DNA from: a virus
Taxonomy: Duplodnaviria; Caudoviricetes
IMG/VR virus record: IMGVR_UViG_3300017651_000176
Span: 1-54,185 of that record
Length of the DNA stretch: 54,185 nucleotides
Direction: 5' to 3' (one strand)
Below, in pieces: positions 25,861 through 34,190 of the stretch (positions are counted from its first letter, which is position 1; every line of letters starts with the position of its first letter). The notes below the pieces were generated by a model. The model was given only the letters and a program-made list of their open reading frames with translations. It searched no databases and was not told the origin of the DNA. The position numbers were made by a program, and so were the translations under genes.

Positions 25861-25978
25861 GCGCGGTGCCCGAGATGCCGAAAGGTCTGGACGAAGGGTG
25901 ATGCCGCTACAGACTCTCCAGTGGGGCGCGCACCCAATACTGGGGAGTCCCTGGGTTCGAATCCCAGCCGCGCAACCT
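25860..25978 (+). ncRNA. tRNA-like RNA without canonical anticodon arm
   Basis: Acceptor TGCGCGG/CCGCGCA-A-CCT; T-arm CTGGG-TTCGAAT-CCCAG; class II-like D-arm CCCGAG...AAGGG; long arm GACTCTCCAGT/ACTGGGGAGTC. Confidence 0.7.
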
Positions 25979-26051
25979 GCGGGCATGCTCATGGTGAGCC
26001 GCCGGCCTTCCAAGCCGCGCAGCGAGGGTTCGATTCCCTCTGCCCGCTCCA
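25979..26051 (+). tRNA. tRNA-Gly(TCC), atypical
   Basis: GCGGGCA/TGCCCGC-T-CCA; anticodon loop CT-TCC-AA; T-arm GAGGG-TTCGATT-CCCTC; 5-nt D-loop, bulged anticodon stem. Confidence 0.85.
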
Positions 26052-26103
26052 CGAAAATGAAAGCCCCGATACGGATTCTCCGGCCGGGGCATTCTCCAAC
26101 TGC

Positions 26104-26433
26104 TTACAGATCTATGTGTTTGGTGCCTGTGATTGAGATCGTGGGCGCCCCGGGAACTGCCGAGATTGTGCCGACCAACTTCAGGGCTTGACCTTCGAGG
26201 CGTCCCTTTACCGCAACCGTATAGTTTGGAACTTGGGGAATGAGCGGCGGAAAGGCTCTGTTGACATACCTAATTGTCAATTCGCCGCTCACTTCTCCAC
26301 CCCGTTCCGTGACAGTGCCGATGTAGGTGCATGCGGCATCCCCTCCGAGGGCTTTGTCGCCATTAATGACGACTGCACCGCCGCCGTGGTTGCCGGGTAC
26401 TTGAAAGACAACGTGCCAAAGGCCGTTCAGCAT
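26104..26433 (-). CDS. GrlR-family beta-barrel protein
   Basis: MLNGLWHVVF...GGGAVVI...GGDAACTYIG pattern; RBS AGGAG. Confidence 0.7.
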   Translation of the reverse strand: MLNGLWHVVFQVPGNHGGGAVVINGDKALGGDAACTYIGTVTERGGEVSGELTIRYVNRAFPPLIPQVPNYTVAVKGRLEGQALKLVGTISAVPGAPTISITGTKHIDL

Positions 26434-26710
26434 TTTTTTCTCCTGTTTGTTATTGCTTCTTGTAGCGAAGCGGCAACCACCGTATCCGATTTTCCTTACA
26501 GGTTTGTAAGGATTCGGTTTGCGGCCCTTTCATTAATGGAGCTCATATGTTTGGTGGACACGATCCCGAAAGCTGCCCCTTTACGCCCAAGCGTAAACGT
26601 GGCCTTGGCGGCCAGTAGCAAGACAGTCCTGTCGCTATGTAGTGCAGTCGTAGCTGGCCGGGCTCATGGCCCCGTAGGCCATAGGTAGAATCCTGCCGCC
26701 GCAACCAACG

Positions 26711-27037
26711 TCAGGCGTTCCACTCTCGCCATCGGGGCTGGCTTTGTTCGCACGAGGTAACCCAGTCTGCTAACTCTTGGATCATCGCCTGAGCTCTGGC
26801 CGCGTCAATTTCGCCCGAGTGGAGCTGGCCCCATATAAAGCGAAGAAAATCGCCAACCCGAACGGGATACTGAATGTTGTCCTGGTGGAAGTTGCCGATC
26901 AAATGAGGCGAACCGTCCGGCTCGCATGGCCCGCTGTGGGCCATGTGCTGAAGATCCCAACCGGTTTCGGTTTTAGTCAAACGGTAGGTGTCCGTGTGCC
27001 CCCAGCGGCGCGAAAACACTGCAAAAGAAAATTCCAT
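26711..27037 (-). CDS. Integron-cassette-protein-like (Vch_cass3-like) protein
   Basis: VFSRRWGHTDTY...DNIQYP...IW...GEID...IQELADWV...P resembles my recollection of Vch_cass3; RBS GGAG. Confidence 0.55.
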   Translation of the reverse strand: MEFSFAVFSRRWGHTDTYRLTKTETGWDLQHMAHSGPCEPDGSPHLIGNFHQDNIQYPVRVGDFLRFIWGQLHSGEIDAARAQAMIQELADWVTSCEQSQPRWREWNA

Positions 27038-27073
27038 GATTCTCTCCGGCCAATAGGCCAAGCAATGAAAGAC

Positions 27074-27175
27074 GGCGGCGACAGCCGAGGAATCGCGAGT
27101 TCCCAAGCTGACAGCCGAAACACGGAGCAGGCCCGTGAACGACCCAAGGCCGCCCCACCTGTACAGGCGGGGGCC
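27074..27175 (+). promoter_or_regulatory. Structured leader of the methyltransferase gene
   Basis: GGCGGC/GCCGCC closing multi-stem and overlapping hairpin CCCCACCTG-TA-CAGGCGGGG. Confidence 0.45.
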
Positions 27176-27196
27176 AGTTTACATGGATGCTCACAA

Positions 27197-27985
27197 GTGG
27201 CAAAACCGATCATTCCCTGGCTGGGTGGCAAGCGCCGCCTGGCCGACAAGATACTTCCCCATTTCCCCAAGCATTCCTGCTACGTCGAGCCCTTCGCCGG
27301 GGGCGCTGCGCTTCTCTTCGCAAGATCGGAGCCGGCCAAGGTGGAGGTGTTGAACGACATCAACGGCGACCTGGTCAACCTGTACCGCGTGGTGCAACAC
27401 CACCTGGAAGAGTTCGTCCGCCAGTTCAAGTGGGCGCTGACCAGCCGGCAGATGTTCAAGTGGCAGAAGGAAACCCGCCCGGAGACCTTGACCGACATCC
27501 AGCGGGCGGCTCGCTTCTACTACCTGATGCAGAACTGCTTTAGCGGCAAGCTGGAGGGTATGACGTTCGGTACGGCGACCACTGCGCCGCCTGGGTTGAA
27601 CCTGCTACGGCTAGAGGAAACGCTATCCGCCGCGCACCTTCGGCTCGCCCGCATCTACGTGGAGCAGTTACCCTGGCGGGATTGCGTGAAACGCTATGAC
27701 AGGGCTCATACGCTGTTCTACATGGACCCGCCTTACTGGGGCACCGCTGGCTACGGCGTGGAGTTTGGCATTGAGGAATATGCCGCCATGGCCGAAGCTA
27801 TGCGGACCATGAAGGGCCGCGCCCTGGTGAGCGTCAACGATCACCCGATGATGCGCGAAGTGTTTGCCGGCTTCCCCATGCAGGCACTGGACATCCGCTA
27901 CACAGTGGGCGGCGGCGCAGGCGTACCCAGGGCGGAGCTAATAATTCAGAGCTGGCCTGCTATGGATGAGGCAGATCAGTGCTGA
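27197..27985 (+). CDS. DNA adenine methyltransferase (D12 class, orphan)
   Basis: WLGGKRRLA, YVEPFAGG, EVLNDIN, FYMDPPY; GTG start. Confidence 0.93.
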   Translation: MAKPIIPWLGGKRRLADKILPHFPKHSCYVEPFAGGAALLFARSEPAKVEVLNDINGDLVNLYRVVQHHLEEFVRQFKWALTSRQMFKWQKETRPETLTDIQRAARFYYLMQNCFSGKLEGMTFGTATTAPPGLNLLRLEETLSAAHLRLARIYVEQLPWRDCVKRYDRAHTLFYMDPPYWGTAGYGVEFGIEEYAAMAEAMRTMKGRALVSVNDHPMMREVFAGFPMQALDIRYTVGGGAGVPRAELIIQSWPAMDEADQC

Positions 27986-28043
27986 GTCAATGAAAATCCG
28001 CTAGGCGGTACGGTCGGGATATCGGCCAGCCTTGCCTTTGAGG

Positions 28044-28433
28044 TCAGGCGTGCTCCATCTCGCGTTCAGCGGCCATCGCGAGAAACGCTGAGCGGGAAAG
28101 GTGGCGCGCCTTGGCCTCCTCATCGATACGGTGAACCAGGTTCTCCGGCAGGCTGATATTGAGCCGTACGGCCTTCGTGTTGACCTTGGACAGGTCAATA
28201 TCGACCATCATCCAATATCCGCCTTGATAGTCTTCGTCCTTGGCCCAGGCTTCAGGGGCGGACGGGGCGGGGATGCGCTCAGTCTCGCCGTAGAAGTGTG
28301 CTTCAACTGCTTCCTGGGCTGCGCGGGGAAGATCTTGGAGTTCGTCGGCGGCAGCAAAGCAGCCGGGAAAGTCAGGGAAGGACGCCCCGTAGGCGCTGTT
28401 TTCGTCCTTGTTGACGTGGATAGGGTAGAGCAT
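28044..28433 (-). CDS. hicB: HicB antitoxin
   Basis: YGASFPDFPGCF...RLNISLPENLVHRID...SRSAFL (RHH). Confidence 0.93.
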   Translation of the reverse strand: MLYPIHVNKDENSAYGASFPDFPGCFAAADELQDLPRAAQEAVEAHFYGETERIPAPSAPEAWAKDEDYQGGYWMMVDIDLSKVNTKAVRLNISLPENLVHRIDEEAKARHLSRSAFLAMAAEREMEHA

Positions 28434-28455
28434 TCGATTCTCCTGAATGGCCTGC

Positions 28456-28638
28456 TTATCGCAGGTCGGCCTGCTTAAGGATGCTGCGCTGTGTCGCTAT
28501 CGGCAAATCCTTCTTGGGATGCGGCACTGTGACCTTGCCGGGCTTGGTCGGGTGCTTGAACTGGTGGTGTGAACCCACGGTGTGCACGTGGTACCAGCCG
28601 TCGGCTTTCAATTGCTTGATGAGGTCTGCGCTGTTCAT
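28456..28638 (-). CDS. hicA: HicA toxin (mRNA interferase)
   Basis: GW...GSHHQFKHPTKPGKVTVPHPKKDL; palindrome GTGTGTAATTATACACAC at its start (likely operator). Confidence 0.95.
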   Translation of the reverse strand: MNSADLIKQLKADGWYHVHTVGSHHQFKHPTKPGKVTVPHPKKDLPIATQRSILKQADLR

Positions 28639-28887
28639 GTGTGTAATTATACACACTACACAAGAATACACAACATTTATTTGCCTCCGCCACTTTGCCA
28701 CTGTGAGCCCGGTGTAGGAGGTGACGCGGGGATTCGGCCATCGCGGCCGGCAGATGTTCAGTAGGTTCCGCCCGCGATGGGCGCGTGGGCTTGACGGGCT
28801 TACACGGTGCAAGCCTTACATCGTGTAAGCGCGAAAACGGCGCACAAGCATGATCGAAAATAAATCGATACGGCGAGGGCTTAAGCC

Positions 28888-28950
28888 GGGGGCCCCTAGG
28901 GAAATCGGTCCGGTAAGGGTAATTCGAACCCCGAACGCTCGCTAGTCACG
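28888..28950 (+). other. Candidate cos packaging site
   Basis: GGCCCCT...GGGTAATTCGAACCCC...TCGCTA roughly parallels lambda cosQ-cosN layout; non-coding, upstream of lambda-type terminase. Confidence 0.4.
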
Positions 28951-29075
28951 GGCGTGCTAAGGGGGGGTAATGATAATTTCCGCCACCAAGCCACGATTGA
29001 TGCGGACTTTCGGCTTCCGTTGAATGTGTTTCGCCGAGCATTTCCCTGGGCGGCGGGCTTATATCCGAGGGCTTT

Positions 29076-29864
29076 ATGAAGCTGCGTCATCACTCGTCGA
29101 TGGAGGAGGGTGTGGATTTCTTCGCCCAGGCGCAGCGACAGTTGCCTTATGCCACATCGCTGGCCCTGAACCGAGTGGGGCAGCACATCATGGATGCGCT
29201 GGTTCGCGTAACGGGCGAGGTGTTCGACCGCCCGACGCCGTACACGATGCGCGCCCTACGGCTGGCCCGCGCCACCAAGGACAACTTGGTCGCCACTGTC
29301 GAGTACCGCGACGGCGCAGGCAAGGGCCTCTCAGCGGACAAGTACCTGCCGCCTCACGTGCTGGGGGGCGGCCGGCGCCTCAAGCGCTCCGAGCGAGCGC
29401 TGGCTCGGGCCGGCCTGCCGACGGGCGCCTTTACGGTGCCGGCGGCGGGGGCCGAACTGGACGCTTACGGCAACATGTCCCGCGGCCAAATTGTGCGCCT
29501 GCTTTCCTACCTGCAGGCCTTCGGTGAGCAGGGCTATCGGGCGAACTCCACGTCTCGCAGCCGTGCTCGTACGGCGAAAGTTGGACGGACGGCCGACGGC
29601 TACAAGCGTATCAACGGAGTCCAGTACTTCGTCTCCCGCGGCAAAGGGTCTATGTCCGGCAATCGCGAGCAACGGCTGGCCGCGGGTGTGTGGCAGAAGA
29701 GCGGCACGCATGGGACGGACGTGAAACCCGTTTTGCTTGCAGTGGCCGAGCCGTCGTATGCGCAACGGTTCCCCTTTTACGAAACGGCCGAGGCGGTCTA
29801 CGGCGAGCGCTACGACGCCGAGTTTTCCACCGCCCTAGACCTGGCGCTGTCTACCGCAAGATGA
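29076..29864 (+). CDS. Phage protein, possibly tail-completion (gpZ-like)
   Basis: QLPYATSLALNR...FDRPTPYT...RFPFY; basic; coupled to small terminase. Confidence 0.6.
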   Translation: MKLRHHSSMEEGVDFFAQAQRQLPYATSLALNRVGQHIMDALVRVTGEVFDRPTPYTMRALRLARATKDNLVATVEYRDGAGKGLSADKYLPPHVLGGGRRLKRSERALARAGLPTGAFTVPAAGAELDAYGNMSRGQIVRLLSYLQAFGEQGYRANSTSRSRARTAKVGRTADGYKRINGVQYFVSRGKGSMSGNREQRLAAGVWQKSGTHGTDVKPVLLAVAEPSYAQRFPFYETAEAVYGERYDAEFSTALDLALSTAR

Positions 29865-30358
29865 TCGACCTAGACAAAAAGACGACCCAAGCCCGCTTCG
29901 GACAATTGGTCGGCATCACCCAGCCTGCCGTAAGCGGCTTGCTCATGCGCGGTGTCATGGTAGCGGGCGACACGCTGGGCAATTGGTTGCTTTCGTACTG
30001 CGGACACATTCGTGATATTGCGGCTGGCCGTCAGGCCGGGGCGGAGGATCGAACGCTCGATCCTGCGGAGGAAAAGGCGCGTCTCTATGCTGCGCAGGCG
30101 GACAAGGTCGAAATGGAGAACGCGGTCGCGCGCGGCGAGCTGGCTCCAGTCAGCGTGCTGGAGGACGTGCTCACGCGGGCTGGAACAAAGGTCAGCGCCG
30201 CCATGGACGCGATTCCGACGGCGCTGAAGCGTCGGCTGCCGAATCTGACTGATGCGGATCTGACCATCGTGCGGCGCGAGCTTGCCAAAGCCCGCAATGC
30301 GGTTGCATCCCTGTCGCTGGAGGACCTGGAGGCTGACGAAGAGAACGAGGGTGAGTAA
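29861..30358 (+). CDS. Terminase small subunit (Nu1-like)
   Basis: TQARFGQLVGITQPAVS HTH; EKARL..AQADKVEMEN...GEL. Confidence 0.85.
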   Translation: MIDLDKKTTQARFGQLVGITQPAVSGLLMRGVMVAGDTLGNWLLSYCGHIRDIAAGRQAGAEDRTLDPAEEKARLYAAQADKVEMENAVARGELAPVSVLEDVLTRAGTKVSAAMDAIPTALKRRLPNLTDADLTIVRRELAKARNAVASLSLEDLEADEENEGE

Positions 30359-32424
30359 TGCTCGTAGAGTCCAATCGCGCCGCGGTCGCGCGCGCGCTGA
30401 GACGCGGGCTTGCATCCTTCGCCGCTCCGGAGCCCATGACCCTGCGCGAATGGGCCGAGCGCCATTTCTATCTGTCGGCGGAATCGTCCTATGTCGAGCA
30501 GCGCTGGGAGGCCTGGCCGTTTCAGCGGGCCATCCTCGCCTGCGTCGGCAGCGACGATGTGCACGAGGTTGACGTGATCAAGTCGGCCCGCGTCGGGTAC
30601 ACCAAGATCCTGCTGGCGGCGATCGGCTATTTTGCCGAACACAAGCGGCGCAATCAGGCGTTGTGGCAGCCGACCGACAGTGCGCGTGACGAGTTCGTCA
30701 AGACCGAACTGGAGCCGATGCTGCGGGACGTGACGGTCATGCATCCGATCTTTCCGACACGGCTGGCGCGGCACAAGGACAACACGCTGCTGGTGAAGAA
30801 GTTTCGCGGCAGTGTGCTGCATCTGCGCGGCGGCCGGTCGGGCGACAACTACCGGCGCCTGTCCATCGGCGTTGCCTTCTTGGATGAGTTCAGCTCGTTC
30901 GATTCGAACATCGACGGCGAAGGCGATCCCGGCCAGTTGGCAGCCAAGCGTCTCGAGGGCGCGACGTTCCCGAAGATGGTGGTCGGATCTACACCGAAGC
31001 TGAAAGAGACCTGCCTGATGGACAAGCGCGCAGCCGGCGCCGATGCGCGATACGCCTATCACATCACCTGCCCGCACTGCGACGAGCACCACGCATTGAC
31101 CTGGGGCGGCAAGGACGAACCGCATGGTTTCAAGTGGGTCGACGGTGATCCGGAATCGGTGAAGCATCTGTGTCCGCACTGCGGCTGCCTCATCACACAG
31201 AGCGAGTACCTGGAGGCCTCGGAGTTTGGTTTCTGGTACGGCTCGGACGGCACAACCATTGACCGCGACGGGGTTTTCCGCTCCGCCAATGGTGAAGTGA
31301 TCCCGGCCCATCGCCGCGTCGCGTTCCACGTTTGGACAGCCTACAGCCCCATGGTCAGCTGGGCCAAACTGGTACGCGAATTCCAGGAGGCCTACGCAAA
31401 AGCGAAGCTGGGCGACGACGAGCCCCTCAAGACCTTCTGGAATACCACCCTGGGCCAGGCCTGGGAAGGCGAAGTCGAGAAGATCGAAGCGGACGAGCTG
31501 AAGCGCCGAGCCGAGATCGAAGCCTACCGGCTTCCCGGATTGGCCGAGAACCTTGTTCCGATGGGGTGCGTGTTGCTGCTTGCCGGCTGCGACACGCAAG
31601 GCAATCGGGTGGAGGTCGGTGTCTGGGGCTTTGGCCGCGGCGGGGAAATGTGGACCGTCGACCACCAAATATTCCACGGGAACCCGGCAGAGGATGATGT
31701 CTGGTCCAACGTGGCGACCTACCTGTTCGAGCGGCGTTTCCAGCATGAAGGCGGCCAGCAGATGAGCATCTATGCCACGGCCATTGACAGCGGCGGTCAC
31801 CACTCGAATGCGGTCTACGACTTCGCGCGCCGTAACAAGGCGCGCCGAGTTTTTGCCGTCCGCGGCCGCCCCTTCGGCGAGAAGGCCATCAAGGACGGTG
31901 CGGGCCAGGTGGATATTGACTGGCGAGGGAAGCGGATCAAGAAAGGCGTGATCCTGTGGCACGTCGGCACGAACCTAGCCAAGGACCTGCTGCATAGCCG
32001 CCTGGCCATCGAGACGCCGGGTCCCGGCTATGTACACCTGTCCGAGGACCTTTCGGACGAGTGGTTCCGCCAGTTCTCGGGTGAGGCACGGGTATCGCGA
32101 AAGACGGCCACAGGCGTTCGAACGCTGTGGACGGCGCTGCGGAAACGTGTCGAAGCACTGGACTGCGCGGTGTATGCACTGTGGGTGGCGGAGCATCTGA
32201 GCCTGTCTCGCAAGACAGAAGCCTGGTGGGACGCCATGGCGGAAAAGCTCGATGCACTACCACCACCGCGGGACGAGGAGGTTGACCCGCTGCCGCCCTC
32301 AACCAAACGGCAAGCCGCTCCTGGCAAGCCCGCGCCCACGGCGCCGGTGGCGCGGGCCGTGCCGGCGGTCAAACCGGCGCGCCGGCGAGTTGCGGCTTCC
32401 AGCTACCTCAGGGGACGCCGGTAG
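30358..32424 (+). CDS. Terminase large subunit (gpA family)
   Basis: KSARVGYTK Walker A, LDE, GSTP, DSGG, EALDC. Confidence 0.95.
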   Translation: MLVESNRAAVARALRRGLASFAAPEPMTLREWAERHFYLSAESSYVEQRWEAWPFQRAILACVGSDDVHEVDVIKSARVGYTKILLAAIGYFAEHKRRNQALWQPTDSARDEFVKTELEPMLRDVTVMHPIFPTRLARHKDNTLLVKKFRGSVLHLRGGRSGDNYRRLSIGVAFLDEFSSFDSNIDGEGDPGQLAAKRLEGATFPKMVVGSTPKLKETCLMDKRAAGADARYAYHITCPHCDEHHALTWGGKDEPHGFKWVDGDPESVKHLCPHCGCLITQSEYLEASEFGFWYGSDGTTIDRDGVFRSANGEVIPAHRRVAFHVWTAYSPMVSWAKLVREFQEAYAKAKLGDDEPLKTFWNTTLGQAWEGEVEKIEADELKRRAEIEAYRLPGLAENLVPMGCVLLLAGCDTQGNRVEVGVWGFGRGGEMWTVDHQIFHGNPAEDDVWSNVATYLFERRFQHEGGQQMSIYATAIDSGGHHSNAVYDFARRNKARRVFAVRGRPFGEKAIKDGAGQVDIDWRGKRIKKGVILWHVGTNLAKDLLHSRLAIETPGPGYVHLSEDLSDEWFRQFSGEARVSRKTATGVRTLWTALRKRVEALDCAVYALWVAEHLSLSRKTEAWWDAMAEKLDALPPPRDEEVDPLPPSTKRQAAPGKPAPTAPVARAVPAVKPARRRVAASSYLRGRR

Positions 32425-32455
32425 GCCGCAGAACAGAAACGAATAGGGCAAGTTC

Positions 32456-32662
32456 ATGGCATACACCCAGGCGGACCTGGAAAGGTTGGATCGCGCGATA
32501 GCGAACAGCCAATTGGAGGTTCAGTACGACGGCAAGCGCGTGCGCTTTCGCAGTACGGACGAGTTGATGCGCGCCCGCGCCCATGTGGAGCGGGAACTGA
32601 GTAAAGGCAAAGGGCGCCCGCGGCAGTTCCGGTTGCGCAACGCCGGTAAGGGGATACGATGA
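32456..32662 (+). CDS. Head-tail joining protein (gpW-like)
   Basis: YTQADLERLDRAIA...VQYDGKRVRFRS. Confidence 0.85.
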   Translation: MAYTQADLERLDRAIANSQLEVQYDGKRVRFRSTDELMRARAHVERELSKGKGRPRQFRLRNAGKGIR

Positions 32663-34179
32663 ACTATCTGAAGCATCGTGGTTCCGGCTTGCTGGTGCCG
32701 CGCCGGCTGAGCGCGCAGATGAGCAGCAGCTACGAAAGCGGCAGTGCCACCGGAAGCCGGGCGCGGAACTGGAATCCCTCGGGAGCGGGGCCGAACGCTG
32801 CCGCAACGCAGAACCTGGGCCTGCAGCGGCGTCGCGCGCGGGATGCCGTGCGTAACGATCCTTGGGCGCTCACCGCCACCACGCGCTGGGTGTCCAACGT
32901 GATCGGAACGGGGATTCAGCCGTACCCCAAACATCCGGACCCGGATGTCCGGCGCGCGCTGAAAGAGCTGTGGGCCGACTGGGTGCAGGAAGCCGACGCC
33001 GACGGCCGATTGGACTTCTACGGGATGCAGGCGCTGGCCGTACGGAGCATCTTTCAGGATGGCGAAACCCTCTTTCGTTTGCGGCCGCGACGGCCGCAGG
33101 ACGGATTGTCCGTACCTCTGCAATTGCAGCAGATGGAAGGCGACCAACTGCCGGTCGAACGCTCACAGTCCTTGCCGAACGGCGGCGAGATCGTGAATGG
33201 CGTGGAATTCGACGTCATCGGACGCCGTGCTGCCTATCACCTATGGCGCCGCCATCCGGGCGAATTCGGCCGCGATGCAATGGGGCAAGAAACGGTCCGG
33301 GTGCCAGCCGAGCAGGTCATTCACGCCTACCCGATGCTGCGGCCGGGCCAGGTGCGGGGGGTGACTGCGCTGGCCACGGTGCTGCTGCGGCTGAAATCCA
33401 TCGACAACCTGGACGATGCGGTGATGTACCGGCAAGAGGTGGCGAACCTTTTCGCCGGTTTCATCACGAAGCCGGACCCTGATGCTGACCCCCACAACCC
33501 GCTTACGGGTGAATCGGACGGGTACGAGGTCGATGACGATGGCACGCCGTTGGTCTCCATGGAGCCCGGCACGATGCAGGAGCTCGCACCGGGCGAGGCA
33601 GTAACGTTCTCCAGCCCGCCTGACGCTGGCAACAACTACGAAGGTTTCATGCGCCAGCAGTTGATGGGTGCGTTTGCCTCGGTCGGCGTGCCTTACGAGA
33701 TTGCAACTGGCGACCTGCGCGGCATCAGCGACCGGACGCTGCGGGTGGTGGTCAACGAGTTCCACCGGCTCATCGAGCAATACCAGTGGCACTGTGTGAT
33801 CCATCAGCTTTGCCGCCCTGTCTGGAATGCTTGGATTGACGCTCTGGCGCTCTCCGGCACGTTTCCCATGCCCGATTTCTACCGCCGCCGGCGCGAGTGG
33901 TTGCGCGTGCTGTGGGTGCCCCAAGGATGGCCGTACTTCAACCCCGTGCAGGATGTGCAGGCCGACAAGGAATCGGTGCGAAGCGGCTTTTCCAGCCGGT
34001 CGTCGATCATTCTCAAGAAGGGCGACGACCCGGACCACATTGCGGCGGAAATCCTCGCCGACAACGAAGCGGCCGACGCTGGGGGCTTCGTATTCGACAG
34101 CGACCCCCGGCGGACGACTAGCGCAGGCAAAGCAACCGTATCGGAGGGCGGCGGCGGCCCCGACTCTCTCAATCATTGA
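32659..34179 (+). CDS. Portal protein, lambda family
   Basis: RARDAVRND, RPGQVRG, position after gpW. Confidence 0.93.
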   Translation: MNYLKHRGSGLLVPRRLSAQMSSSYESGSATGSRARNWNPSGAGPNAAATQNLGLQRRRARDAVRNDPWALTATTRWVSNVIGTGIQPYPKHPDPDVRRALKELWADWVQEADADGRLDFYGMQALAVRSIFQDGETLFRLRPRRPQDGLSVPLQLQQMEGDQLPVERSQSLPNGGEIVNGVEFDVIGRRAAYHLWRRHPGEFGRDAMGQETVRVPAEQVIHAYPMLRPGQVRGVTALATVLLRLKSIDNLDDAVMYRQEVANLFAGFITKPDPDADPHNPLTGESDGYEVDDDGTPLVSMEPGTMQELAPGEAVTFSSPPDAGNNYEGFMRQQLMGAFASVGVPYEIATGDLRGISDRTLRVVVNEFHRLIEQYQWHCVIHQLCRPVWNAWIDALALSGTFPMPDFYRRRREWLRVLWVPQGWPYFNPVQDVQADKESVRSGFSSRSSIILKKGDDPDHIAAEILADNEAADAGGFVFDSDPRRTTSAGKATVSEGGGGPDSLNH

Positions 34180-34190
34180 ATGGAGCCAAT

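Noticed and set aside
25874-25900. Hammerhead ribozyme or riboswitch (GAAA...CTGGACGA)
   Set aside because: Core is not CUGANGA and stem order does not fit; the tRNA-like fold explains it better
26777-27196. 140-aa N-terminal extension of the methyltransferase
   Set aside because: Overlaps an opposite-strand gene and the structured leader; Dam-like sequence begins at GTG 27197
27197-27985. Restriction-modification system
   Set aside because: No adjacent endonuclease-like gene; fits an orphan phage methylase
30085-31962. 625-aa minus-strand ORF, and similar long ORFs at 5564-6787, 33241-34197, 39202-40524 and 46151-47404
   Set aside because: Antisense shadows of real genes, expected in high-GC DNA; no motifs
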